From: Candidatus Omnitrophota bacterium
Lineage (GTDB): Bacteria; Omnitrophota; Gorgyraeia; Aquiviventales; Aquiviventaceae
NCBI GenBank assembly: GCA_016193195.1
Contig: JACPSQ010000035.1
Coordinates: 2,435-55,360 of the forward strand
DNA: 52,926 bases
Direction: 5' to 3'
Position numbers and translations under genes: made by a program. The first letter of the stretch is position 1. Each line of letters starts with the position of its first letter. The notes under the pieces were generated by a model, which did not search any database, had not been told where the DNA came from, and was given only the letters and a program-made list of their open reading frames with translations. Below are positions 16,231 through 25,034 of this stretch, in pieces.

Positions 16231-18102
16231 ATGCGGATCGTATTCCTGGGAAATAACTGGGTCGCGTGGCAGGCGCTTCGCTGGTTGAAGGCCCAAGGCG
16301 AATTGATCGTGGGATTAGTGGTGCATCCGCCCCACAAGCAGCGCTATGGCGAGGAGCTGCTCAGCACCGTGGCAGGTGATGCGACGAAGTGCTTTGACGG
16401 CTCGCGGCTGCGGGAGCCGGGAACGATTGCGGCCATTCGGGATCTTCAGGTTGAGATGGCCGTGTCCGTCTCGTTTGGTTACCGCTTGGATCCGTCGTTC
16501 CTGGCGCTGTTCCCGCGCGGGGTCATCAACCTCCATGCAGGCTACCTCCCGTACAACCGGGGCACGCATCCCAACATCTGGAGCATTGTCGAAGGGACCC
16601 CGGCTGGCGCGACGCTCCATTACGTCGATGCCGGGATCGACACGGGAGACATTATTGCACAACGAGCGATTCCAGTGGAGCCAACGGACACGGGTGAGAC
16701 GCTGTATCGAAAGCTTGAACGAGTCTGCATGGAGCTGTTGATGGCAACGTGGCCGTCAATTCGCGACGGCACGGCACCTCGGCACCCACAGCCGTCAGGA
16801 GGCACGGCGCATCAGCGGCGGGATGTGGAGCGCATCGATGAGATCGCACCCGAGCGCCGGTATACAGCTAGGGAATTGATCGACATCCTTCGCGCACGGA
16901 CCTTCCCTCCCTACCCCGGAGCCTATCTCCGGCATGGGGGGCAGAAGATCTCCCTGCGTCTTTCTGCCGCCAAGGAAGACCACCCCGCCCCATGGCTTCA
17001 GCCAACGATTGATATCGGGTGCCGGCGTATTGGTGCTGGCTATCCAACCTACATCGTTGCGGAGATTTCAGCGAATCACAACCAGGACTTTGAGCTGGCC
17101 GTGAAACTGCTTCAGGCGGCCAAGGCTGCCGGGGCGGATGCGGTGAAGCTGCAAACCTACACCCCAGAGACCATGACGATTCCTTGTCACCGCGAGCCGT
17201 TTCAGATCAAGGGCACCCTGTGGGATGGACAGACCCTCTACGATCTCTACCGCCGAGCGTACACGCCGTGGGAGTGGCACCCAAAGCTGAAAGCGGTCGC
17301 GAACGAGATGGGTCTCGATCTGTTTTCGACCGCCTTTGACGCCACGGCTGTGGATTTCCTGGAATCCCTGGGGGTGCCGGTTCATAAGGTCGCTTCGTTT
17401 GAGATGGTGGATCTGGCTTTGTTGGCGAAGATGGCCCTGACCGGCAAGCCGGTGATCCTCTCGACAGGGATGGCAACCTTCCAGGAGATCGCTGAAGCGG
17501 TGCAGACCGTTCGCGGGGTGGGTGCGACGACACAAGTCGCGCTGCTCAAGTGCACAAGTGCCTATCCCGCACTTCCTGAAGAGATGAACCTGCGTGCCAT
17601 CCCGCACTTGACCGAGCAGTTTCAGGTACCCGTCGGCCTCTCGGATCACACCCTGGGCACGTCCGTTGCACTTGCCGCAGTCGCGCTTGGCGCCTGCATG
17701 GTGGAGAAGCATTTGACCCTCTCTCGCTCTGTTGCCACGCCGGATGCGGCCTTTTCCCTTGAGCCCGACGAGTTCAAGGCGATGGTGAAAGGGGTTCGGG
17801 AGGTGGAGCGGGCCCTGGGAGAGGTGCGTTATGGAGTCAGTCGTGGGGAGACCCAGAGCCAGGTCTTCCGGCGTTCCCTGTTCGTGGTGAGAGGGATGAA
17901 AGCCGGAGAGGTGTTTTCAGAGCGGAATGTCCGGTCGATCCGGCCGGGTTATGGGCTCCACCCCCGATACCTGAAGGACGTGTTGGGGCGGCAGGCGAGG
18001 TGTGATATTGCTGGGGGGACACCCTTCGCGTGGAAACTGGTGGACCCAGCGGGAGCAGAGGCTGCCTCGCCGGAAGAACCGAGTGCCAAGCGTGTGACCT
18101 GA
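16231..18102 (+). CDS. pseI: Fusion: Fmt-like N-formyltransferase domain + pseudaminic acid synthase (PseI/NeuB family) with SAF domain
   Basis: I prefer ATG 16231 ('MRIVFLGNNWVAWQALRWL'). The formyltransferase triad context is 'INLHAGYLPYNRGTHPNIWSIVEGTPAGATLHYVDAGIDTGDII'. The synthase part starts around 17005: 'TYIVAEISANHNQDFELAVKLLQAAKAAGADAVKLQTY', 'VGLSDHTLG', 'MVEKHLTL', and SAF 'SLFVVRGMKAGEVFSERNVRSIRPG'. Confidence 0.85.
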   Translation: MRIVFLGNNWVAWQALRWLKAQGELIVGLVVHPPHKQRYGEELLSTVAGDATKCFDGSRLREPGTIAAIRDLQVEMAVSVSFGYRLDPSFLALFPRGVINLHAGYLPYNRGTHPNIWSIVEGTPAGATLHYVDAGIDTGDIIAQRAIPVEPTDTGETLYRKLERVCMELLMATWPSIRDGTAPRHPQPSGGTAHQRRDVERIDEIAPERRYTARELIDILRARTFPPYPGAYLRHGGQKISLRLSAAKEDHPAPWLQPTIDIGCRRIGAGYPTYIVAEISANHNQDFELAVKLLQAAKAAGADAVKLQTYTPETMTIPCHREPFQIKGTLWDGQTLYDLYRRAYTPWEWHPKLKAVANEMGLDLFSTAFDATAVDFLESLGVPVHKVASFEMVDLALLAKMALTGKPVILSTGMATFQEIAEAVQTVRGVGATTQVALLKCTSAYPALPEEMNLRAIPHLTEQFQVPVGLSDHTLGTSVALAAVALGACMVEKHLTLSRSVATPDAAFSLEPDEFKAMVKGVREVERALGEVRYGVSRGETQSQVFRRSLFVVRGMKAGEVFSERNVRSIRPGYGLHPRYLKDVLGRQARCDIAGGTPFAWKLVDPAGAEAASPEEPSAKRVT

Positions 18103-18115
18103 TCCGGTTGGTACG

Positions 18116-19234
18116 GTGATGGCGGTGGTGTTGTTTCGGACAGACGCTGCTCCTGCAGTTGGCCTCGGCCACCTGCGACGGTGCCTTTCGCTGGCGGCAG
18201 CGCTCCAACGGCAGGATGTGCGCAGTGTGTTTGTGGTCCCGGAGGATCGACAGGTTCGCCGGTGCGTCAGGGAGGCAGGGTGCAGCATCGAGATCGTGGA
18301 GCGTGTCACGGCGGGGGATGCCGTTGATCTGCAGCACGTGCTCCGTGCGGCAAGCCGCTCCGAGGCCGCCGCGGTGATCGTGGATTCCTACCAGATCGGT
18401 GCGGACTACCTGGAGGCGCTTCGGCAGGCAGGACTGTATGTCGCGGTCATTGATGATCTGGCAGCCATGGCCTTTCCGTGCCACGTGGTGGTCAACGGTG
18501 GGCCGCATGCGTGCCGGTTGCCGTACCGTTCGTCCTCCGGGGAAACCACGTTCTTGCTCGGTCCCTCCTATGCGTTGCTGGGTCCAGCATTCTGGAACGT
18601 TGGCCCTCGACCGGTGCGCCAGACCGTGCAGCATGTCCTGCTCACGCTGGGCGGGGCGGATCCTCATCACCTGATGCCGAGGCTGCTGGGCCTGCTCGAC
18701 GATCTCCCTGGCGAGTTTGGCGTCACGGCCGTGATTGGCCCATTCTTCCAGAACCGTCTTGAGGTTCAACATGTGGCCAAGCGGTGCCAACGAACGGTGA
18801 GGCTCGTTGATGCGCCGGCGTCCCTGCGTGACCTGATGCTCGAGGCGGACCTTGCTGTGTCGGCTGGCGGACAGACCTTGTTCGAGCTGGCGCGTGTGGG
18901 ATGTCCCGCCGTTGCCGTCAGGACCGCATCGAATCAGGTCGCTCAGCTACGGGCCTTTGTGGAGTCTGGAGCTATGCGCCTTGCAGGAGACGCCGGGGAT
19001 GCCCACGTGATGGCTGCCGTACGTGACAGCGTGGCCTCATTGGTGGGGGATCAGGGGGAACGAGGTCGCATGAGCCTGGCGGGCCGTCGGCTCGTCGACG
19101 GACGAGGCGCCCAACGGACCGCCGACGCGATTGCAGCGGGGATTCGGACGCGGCTGGCCGCGGCGATCAAGCGCAATGAGGTGGAGCACCGGCTCGAAGG
19201 GCGCATGGTCTCGCCGGTGTTTCGGACGGCGTGA
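18116..19234 (+). CDS. pseG: PseG-like UDP-2,4-diacetamido-2,4,6-trideoxy-beta-L-altropyranose hydrolase (GT28-C-like fold)
   Basis: 'VVLFRTDAAPAVGLGHLRRCLSLAAALQRQDV', 'VLLTLGGADPHHL', 'ADLAVSAGGQTLFELARVGCPAVAV'. The start is GTG 18116 or ATG 18119. Confidence 0.8.
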   Translation: MMAVVLFRTDAAPAVGLGHLRRCLSLAAALQRQDVRSVFVVPEDRQVRRCVREAGCSIEIVERVTAGDAVDLQHVLRAASRSEAAAVIVDSYQIGADYLEALRQAGLYVAVIDDLAAMAFPCHVVVNGGPHACRLPYRSSSGETTFLLGPSYALLGPAFWNVGPRPVRQTVQHVLLTLGGADPHHLMPRLLGLLDDLPGEFGVTAVIGPFFQNRLEVQHVAKRCQRTVRLVDAPASLRDLMLEADLAVSAGGQTLFELARVGCPAVAVRTASNQVAQLRAFVESGAMRLAGDAGDAHVMAAVRDSVASLVGDQGERGRMSLAGRRLVDGRGAQRTADAIAAGIRTRLAAAIKRNEVEHRLEGRMVSPVFRTA

Positions 19235-19264
19235 CCACGCAGGGTGTGGGGTGAGGGCTGCTCG

Positions 19265-20182
19265 ATGCGTCGGGTCCTGGTGACGGGGAGCAGTGGATTG
19301 CTGGGGGCGCATGTGGCCCGGCAGGCGTCAGGAGGCTACGACGTCACGGCCCTCCACCATACACACCCGGTCGAGCTCGCCGGCTGCGACAACCGGCCGT
19401 GCGACCTGACCGATGACGCAGAGGTGGCGAGCTGCCTTGGCGCGGCGCGGCCGGAGGTCATCATTCACTGCGCGGCGCTGACCGATGTGGAGTTGTGCGA
19501 GCGACGGCCTGATCTGGCGGAGCGCCTCAATGTTGAGGCCACCGCGACCCTCGTCGAGTGGGCACGACGCCGGAACGCTCAGTTCGTGCATCTCTCGACC
19601 GACGCGGTCTTTGGTGGGAGCGCTGGGGCGTATCGTGAAGACCAGTCCCCCGAGCCGGTGAATTGGTATGGCCGCACGAAGGCCAAGGCCGAGGGCGTGG
19701 TGAGCGCGGCCGTGCCCGACGCCATGATCATCCGGACGAACTTCTATGGATGGAACGTCCAGCCCAAGCTGAGCCTCGGCGAATGGATCATTGACCGGCT
19801 GGTTCAGGGCGAGCGTTGCCCGGCGTTTGTCGATGTGTTCTTCAATCCGCTGGTGGCGGATCAACTCGCCGAAGTCGTCCTGTCCCTCATCGCGCAAGGC
19901 GCCAGCGGGATCTACCACGTCGCCGCGCGCGATCGCTGCTCAAAGCACAAATTCGCCGTCCGTCTGGCGAAGACCTTTGGGCTCTCCGCAGCCGGCATCG
20001 TGCCGACCTGTGTCGATCAGTCTCCGTTGCTGGCCCGGCGGCCCAAGCGCAGCACGCTGGCGGTTGACAAGGTGTGCCGGGATCTTGGTCGGCCGATGCC
20101 GTCCATCCAGGAGGGTCTGGAGCGGTTCAAGGCGTCCCAGCGCGCCGCGGCGTCGCGAGTCGGCGTGGGGGACATCCGGTGA
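19265..20182 (+). CDS. SDR-family sugar-nucleotide reductase, dTDP-4-dehydrorhamnose reductase (RfbD)-like
   Basis: Start at ATG 19265, 'MRRVLVTGSSGLLGAHV'. Also 'IIHCAALTDVELCE', 'STDAVFGG....YREDQSPEPVNWYGRTKAKAEG' (YxxxK). Confidence 0.8.
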   Translation: MRRVLVTGSSGLLGAHVARQASGGYDVTALHHTHPVELAGCDNRPCDLTDDAEVASCLGAARPEVIIHCAALTDVELCERRPDLAERLNVEATATLVEWARRRNAQFVHLSTDAVFGGSAGAYREDQSPEPVNWYGRTKAKAEGVVSAAVPDAMIIRTNFYGWNVQPKLSLGEWIIDRLVQGERCPAFVDVFFNPLVADQLAEVVLSLIAQGASGIYHVAARDRCSKHKFAVRLAKTFGLSAAGIVPTCVDQSPLLARRPKRSTLAVDKVCRDLGRPMPSIQEGLERFKASQRAAASRVGVGDIR

Positions 20183-20346
20183 GGGATGCCCGTCTCCTCT
20201 ATGTCTCGGCGGGCTACACGGCCCATGACCGCAAGTTCCTGGAGCAGCTTGCTGGTTCCGCCCACGAGCTGTGGTTCTGCCGTGCATGGTGGATGGGACG
20301 GCGCCTGCCGATGCGATTCCGCCCTACCGCATCGGCGAGGTGGTGA
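20179..20346 (+). pseudogene. Probable remnant of a group-1 glycosyltransferase N-terminus (55 codons)
   Basis: GTG 20179 overlaps the RfbD-like stop (GTGA). 'RLLYVSAGYTAHDRKFLEQLAGSAHELWF' resembles the N-termini of a GT4 subfamily. The frame then runs into an Arg/Trp-rich tail and stops. It is followed by 169 nt without a convincing ORF. Confidence 0.35.
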
Positions 20347-20515
20347 GCCGTCGTCTCCGACGGGCGATGCGGCGGGGGGAGCATGTCACCTGGGAGGCGC
20401 TTGAGTGACCATGGCGCGGCAGGTTCGGCATGTGTCGCTGGTCCCAGCTCGGGGAAGGAACGCGACTAGCAGCGTGGAGCGGCGGGTCCCTCGAGGGATG
20501 CGAGGTCGCGTGCTC

Positions 20516-21061
20516 ATGGGATCACGGCTGTGCCTGCGACCACTGACGGAGGCTGACGTGACCACGGAGTACCTGAGGTGGCTGAACGATCCCGAGGTCA
20601 CGCGGTTCCTCGAGGTCGGTCGGCAGCGCTCCACGCGCCAGACGGTGCGCAGGTACCTCACGCGGTTCCACGGCAGCCGAACGGACTTCATCTTTGCGAT
20701 GATCGAGAGGGAGACCGGACGCCACATCGGCAACGTCACCCTCAATCGGATACATCGAGTTGACCGCACGGCCGATACGGGCCTGATGATCGGACGGAAG
20801 GACCTGTGGGGAAAAGGATATGCCAGCGAGGCCTGGAGTCTTGTGCTGGCGCATGCGTTCCGGGATCTTGGGGTGCGGAAGGTGGTAGCGGGGGTGGTAG
20901 TGGACAACGTCCGGAGCCTCCAGGCCCTGAAGAAAGTTGGTTTTCGCGTTGAAGGGGTCCTTCGCCAAGAGTGGTTCGTCAACGGGACCTACAAGGATAT
21001 CGTGCGGCTCGGCCTGTTCAGCCATGAGTTCGAGCCTAAGAGCGCTCTAAAGGGTGGATGA
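20516..21061 (+). CDS. GNAT-family N-acetyltransferase (RimJ/RimL-like; candidate PseH-type step)
   Basis: I prefer ATG 20516 ('MGSRLCLRPLTEADVTTEYLRWLNDPEV'). Also 'IGNVTLNRIHRVDRTADTGLMIG...WGKGYASEAWSLVLAHAF..LGVRKVVAGVVVDNVRSLQALKKVGFRVEG'. Confidence 0.8.
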   Translation: MGSRLCLRPLTEADVTTEYLRWLNDPEVTRFLEVGRQRSTRQTVRRYLTRFHGSRTDFIFAMIERETGRHIGNVTLNRIHRVDRTADTGLMIGRKDLWGKGYASEAWSLVLAHAFRDLGVRKVVAGVVVDNVRSLQALKKVGFRVEGVLRQEWFVNGTYKDIVRLGLFSHEFEPKSALKGG

Positions 21062-23046
21062 TGAGCGGGGAGCGATTGCGGGTCATTGTGGGTCGGCTGG
21101 CGGAGGGCGCCGTCCTCCCCGACGGAGGCCTGACGACGCTGTACGAGGCGGGTCGCCTTACGATCCAAGGCGACACCGACACGGTGCGGCTCGCCCAGGG
21201 GAACCGCGAGCTCGCCCTCCTGGTCGGAGAGGTCGTGGGGGTGCGCCATGGGGCGGGGGCTTTGCGCAGGCCATCGTCGGCCCAGGAGGCGGTGGGGGTG
21301 GCCCTCCGGGCGGATCACGCCCGCTGGCGGGAGGAGCTGGAGGGACGGTTCATCCTTCTGCGAGTGGACGGCGAGCGAGCGGTGATCGAGAGCGACCGGT
21401 TCGGCCAGAAGGAGCTGTATCTTCAGCGCGACCGCGGCGCCACCGTGCTCGCCACAGACCTCAGCCTGCTCTCGATCGCCCCGGGGGCGGCGGGCTACGA
21501 TCAGGCGGCGCTTGCGCACACGCTGTGCATCTACGGCTATCGCCCCCCGAAACGGCATACCCTCTATCGGGATGTCCGACGTCTCGGCGTCGGGGAATGG
21601 GTGGAGATCGCCGAGGGGGCTGTGCGCGTCGCAGAGCACCCCTTTCAACCCCTGGCGATGGGGGCGTACGGGGAACGGGAGCTGCAGGCGTACGCCAAGA
21701 CGCTGCTGGATGCCGTGGCGCTGCGCGGCTCCCGCCACGGGAACGTCGTGTATCTCTCCTCCGGATGGGATTCGACGGCCCTCCTGGCCTGCCTGGTGAA
21801 GGTCTTCGGGCCCCGCAAGGTCCGGGCAGTCATCGGGCGGATGCAGTATGCCGAGCGTAGCGGGGTGATCAACCAGTTTGAGATTGACCGGGCCCGGGCC
21901 GTCGCCGACTACTTTGGCGTGCGGCTCGACGTCGTGGAGTTTGATTACCGGGCTGAGGGGCCTGCGGTGGCGGAGCGGTTGCAGCCGCTCCTGCGATCCC
22001 ACCAGTTCCACAGCCTGGCCGCCCTCAACGAGGCGCTCCTCGCCGAGGGCGTGGCGCGCACGGCCGATCGCCCGGAGGTCGTCTTCGCCGGGGAGATCAG
22101 CGATGGGGCGCACAACCTCGGCTTCAGCCAATTCACGACGATCTTCCACCCGATGCTGGAGTTTCGGGAGTATAGCGACAAGATGGCCAGCTATCTCTTC
22201 GGCCCGACGTTCTTGGGGCTCCTGGAGCGCGGCCAGGGGGTCCACGATGTGGTGTATCAGTTGCTGCGAGGCCGCTGCGGCGAGGCGAGCTTCGATGAGC
22301 CGTCGCCGGACCGCGTGACGCGGCGGATGCAGCTGCTCGCCGGCTTTTTCCTCCGGGCGCATCGGATCCCGCTGTGGTCGGTGCGCAACCATCGGCTGCT
22401 CACCGCGGCCGGACAGGACCTGTACAGCCATGAGATGGAGGAGACGTACCTTCGCGCCGCCGCCGAGGCGCTCACCCCAGAGACCGTGTACGCGTGGCTG
22501 CTCCATCTGTACAACTCGTTCCATTGGCAGGGATCGACCGTGGCGCCGATGGCCATTACGGCACGAGCCCAGGGATTGCGGCTGGTGCTCCCGTTTTGGG
22601 ACAGCTGGCTCCAGGCTTTTCTGTCCGCCATGCCGGAATCCTGGGGCAGGAGCCTTGATCTGAACCCCACCAAATATCCGCTCAAATGGATGTTGAAGCA
22701 CCGGATTGACTATCCGTTGCATCTCCAGACGGGTCCGCATTCCTACCTCTATGACGTGGATCCCAATTTCAGCCATGGAGCGGAGATCCTCTACGGCTCC
22801 GCCTTCACGCCGTATTTCAGGACCCTGCTCAAGGGGCGCCCATACGACGAGGTCTTATCTCATCGGGTCTTTGACCGTGCGTACATCGAGGCGATCGTGG
22901 AGCGGTATCTTCAGGGAACCGAGGTGCGGGGCGCGGAGATGAACGACCTCCTCGCGCTGGCCTTCCTCTCGATGGTGGGATGGTACGGCGGGAGCGGTCT
23001 CTCGGAGACCGCTGACTCTGCGGTGGCCCTGCGTGCCAGGGACTAA
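21058..23046 (+). CDS. Asparagine-synthase-family ATP-dependent amidoligase homologue lacking the N-terminal Cys nucleophile
   Basis: It starts MMSGERLRV, with no Cys2. An AsnB N-domain trace remains ('DRFGQKELYL...VLATDLSLL'). The PP-loop is a variant, 'VVYLSSGWDSTALLACLV'. The start overlaps the GNAT stop (ATGA). Confidence 0.8.
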   Translation: MMSGERLRVIVGRLAEGAVLPDGGLTTLYEAGRLTIQGDTDTVRLAQGNRELALLVGEVVGVRHGAGALRRPSSAQEAVGVALRADHARWREELEGRFILLRVDGERAVIESDRFGQKELYLQRDRGATVLATDLSLLSIAPGAAGYDQAALAHTLCIYGYRPPKRHTLYRDVRRLGVGEWVEIAEGAVRVAEHPFQPLAMGAYGERELQAYAKTLLDAVALRGSRHGNVVYLSSGWDSTALLACLVKVFGPRKVRAVIGRMQYAERSGVINQFEIDRARAVADYFGVRLDVVEFDYRAEGPAVAERLQPLLRSHQFHSLAALNEALLAEGVARTADRPEVVFAGEISDGAHNLGFSQFTTIFHPMLEFREYSDKMASYLFGPTFLGLLERGQGVHDVVYQLLRGRCGEASFDEPSPDRVTRRMQLLAGFFLRAHRIPLWSVRNHRLLTAAGQDLYSHEMEETYLRAAAEALTPETVYAWLLHLYNSFHWQGSTVAPMAITARAQGLRLVLPFWDSWLQAFLSAMPESWGRSLDLNPTKYPLKWMLKHRIDYPLHLQTGPHSYLYDVDPNFSHGAEILYGSAFTPYFRTLLKGRPYDEVLSHRVFDRAYIEAIVERYLQGTEVRGAEMNDLLALAFLSMVGWYGGSGLSETADSAVALRARD

Positions 23047-23057
23047 GAAGTTCCGTC

Positions 23058-25034
23058 ATGAGGCCGGAGATCTTCATTGAGCGGTTGACCCACGCGCACC
23101 GACCCCTCATCGCGTGGTGGGTCCGGCGCGGGCATCGGGTCTGTGTCTTTGACTTTGACCACTGTGCGCGGCTGCGATCATTCGGGTGGCTGCGCAGGCT
23201 GCTGGACCAGGGCAAGGTCGAAACCATCTACGTGCCTTCGAGCTCGGTAGCCGACTCGCTGGCCATTGACACGGCCGAGCGGTTCTTTCCCGCTTTCTCG
23301 TCCCACCCGTTGGTTCGAGCGATGGGAAGGATCTTTGGGGAGCACGAAGCGGCCCCCGTGCTGAAGAAGGCGCTAGTGGAGAGTCTCTTTCGGTATTTCT
23401 ATATCAAGCAGTCCCTCACAGATCGGGCTCGAGGGGCATCGGGTCGGCAGGCGGCGATCGTCGTCTCATCCCTCTATTGGGCCTGGGAGGTGCGCCTGCG
23501 CGAGGTGGCCCGCGACGTGCCGACCCCAGCGCCCACGAGTTGCCCCTGGTGGGCTCGTGGGTATGACGCGGTGGCCAGAAGGATCCAGGACGTCCTGTGG
23601 TCTCTCGCCGTATGCGGGGGGATCCTGCTCCATGCGGGCTCGATCATCGTGGGGAGGATGCTGGCGAGATCCCAGCCGGCTCTGCAGCAGGCCGATCACG
23701 TCTTCGCGGTGGATTCGCCCTTCCAGGTGAAGTTCCAGGGGCCGCGGCGAGCCGACTTCTTGCTCGACCACCAGCAGGTGACGAAGCAGAACACGGTCTT
23801 TGTCGTGCACCGGCTTGGCGAGGGGCCCTGGATCCAGCAGGCCCGGTGCGCCGGCTATCGGCTGATTCGCCAGGCGGAGTTCGCCGATGTGCGGCATCCG
23901 TGGCGGCACATGCGTCAGCCGCCCCGCAGCGTGCGCCTGGGGCCCGCCCTGCGAGCCGGAGGCTGCCTGGCGGCGCACCCGTGGGCCGCCGGGTGGCTGG
24001 TGGACGCGGCCGGGCGTGGCCTGGTCGCCTACCTCACGAAGTCCGCCCTGCTGGAGCGGGTCAACTTTGTCAACTACGTCTATATGGACCAGGATCACCT
24101 GTCGCAGCAATGCCTGAATATCCTCATTCGAAAGCAGGGAGGTCAGAGCTGGAACTTCGCTTACGCGATCGGAGGCGGTTACCTCTATGGGAATGGGCAG
24201 GTACCGGGGCATCGCCAGCGGCGGCTCGCGTACCAGAACCCGGATCACTTTGTCGGCACGAGTCAGCGGATGACGCGCTACCATCAGGAGCACCGCCAGG
24301 GGGTCCGCGCATACCACGCCGTCGGGAACCTCTGGTCGCAGTCGGTGTCGCTTGCGGCGAGCGCGACGGACATCCGGCGGCTTCGGTCGGCCTGGTTTGG
24401 CGCTGCGGCCGATCAGGGCAGGGTGGTGGCGTGGTTTGACACCACCTTCATCGAAGGGGCCGGCTCCCCCAGCACCTATCATGAGGCGGTCGCCTGGTAC
24501 CGGGACATCTGGCGGATAGTGAGCGAGGACGAACGGTTGCTCGCGGTGATCAAGCCGTCAAAGGACGACGCCTGCTTCGTGGACGGCCGTTCCCAGCTCA
24601 TGCACCCGCTGGGCCAGTCGGTGATCGGGGAATGGGCGCGACTGAAGCAGCATCCGCGGGTGCATTTTGCGGGACATGCCATCGATCCTTCCCTCGTAAT
24701 TGCCGCCAGCGACCTGACCGTGACCTTTTGCTTTTCCTCGCCGACTGCCGAGGCGCTGGGGGCAGGCAAGCGGGCGATGTGGTATGAACCGGGCGAGCGC
24801 TGGCGGGATACCCTCTACGGGGCCGAGCCGCTGTTGGTCGCCCATGGGTATCCTGAGCTGCGCCGGCTCGTGGGCACGCTCCTCAACGACATGGACGATG
24901 AGGCGTATCGGCAGTTCCTTGAGAGGCGCGTTCGGGGTTTGGTCGAAGACTTCCTGGATGGGAACGGGCTCTCCAGGTTCCGTGAGCTGCTCGCCGACGC
25001 CGCGCGGCCGGCGGCCTGGAGCCCCCGCGCATGA
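23058..25034 (+). CDS. Hypothetical 658-aa protein, possible GT-B-like C-terminal domain
   Basis: A long ORF with the local codon bias. The only family-like feature I recognise is the C-terminal 'HPRVHFAGHAIDPSLVIAASDLTVTFCFSSPTAEALGAGKRAMWYEP', reminiscent of GT-B/capsule-type transferases. Confidence 0.7.
   Translation: MRPEIFIERLTHAHRPLIAWWVRRGHRVCVFDFDHCARLRSFGWLRRLLDQGKVETIYVPSSSVADSLAIDTAERFFPAFSSHPLVRAMGRIFGEHEAAPVLKKALVESLFRYFYIKQSLTDRARGASGRQAAIVVSSLYWAWEVRLREVARDVPTPAPTSCPWWARGYDAVARRIQDVLWSLAVCGGILLHAGSIIVGRMLARSQPALQQADHVFAVDSPFQVKFQGPRRADFLLDHQQVTKQNTVFVVHRLGEGPWIQQARCAGYRLIRQAEFADVRHPWRHMRQPPRSVRLGPALRAGGCLAAHPWAAGWLVDAAGRGLVAYLTKSALLERVNFVNYVYMDQDHLSQQCLNILIRKQGGQSWNFAYAIGGGYLYGNGQVPGHRQRRLAYQNPDHFVGTSQRMTRYHQEHRQGVRAYHAVGNLWSQSVSLAASATDIRRLRSAWFGAAADQGRVVAWFDTTFIEGAGSPSTYHEAVAWYRDIWRIVSEDERLLAVIKPSKDDACFVDGRSQLMHPLGQSVIGEWARLKQHPRVHFAGHAIDPSLVIAASDLTVTFCFSSPTAEALGAGKRAMWYEPGERWRDTLYGAEPLLVAHGYPELRRLVGTLLNDMDDEAYRQFLERRVRGLVEDFLDGNGLSRFRELLADAARPAAWSPRA

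Noticed and set aside
20348-20363. Hairpin ccgtcg-tctc-cgacgg immediately after the GT-like stub.
   Set aside because: It has a 6-bp stem and no U-tract. Such hairpins are expected by chance in GC-rich sequence.
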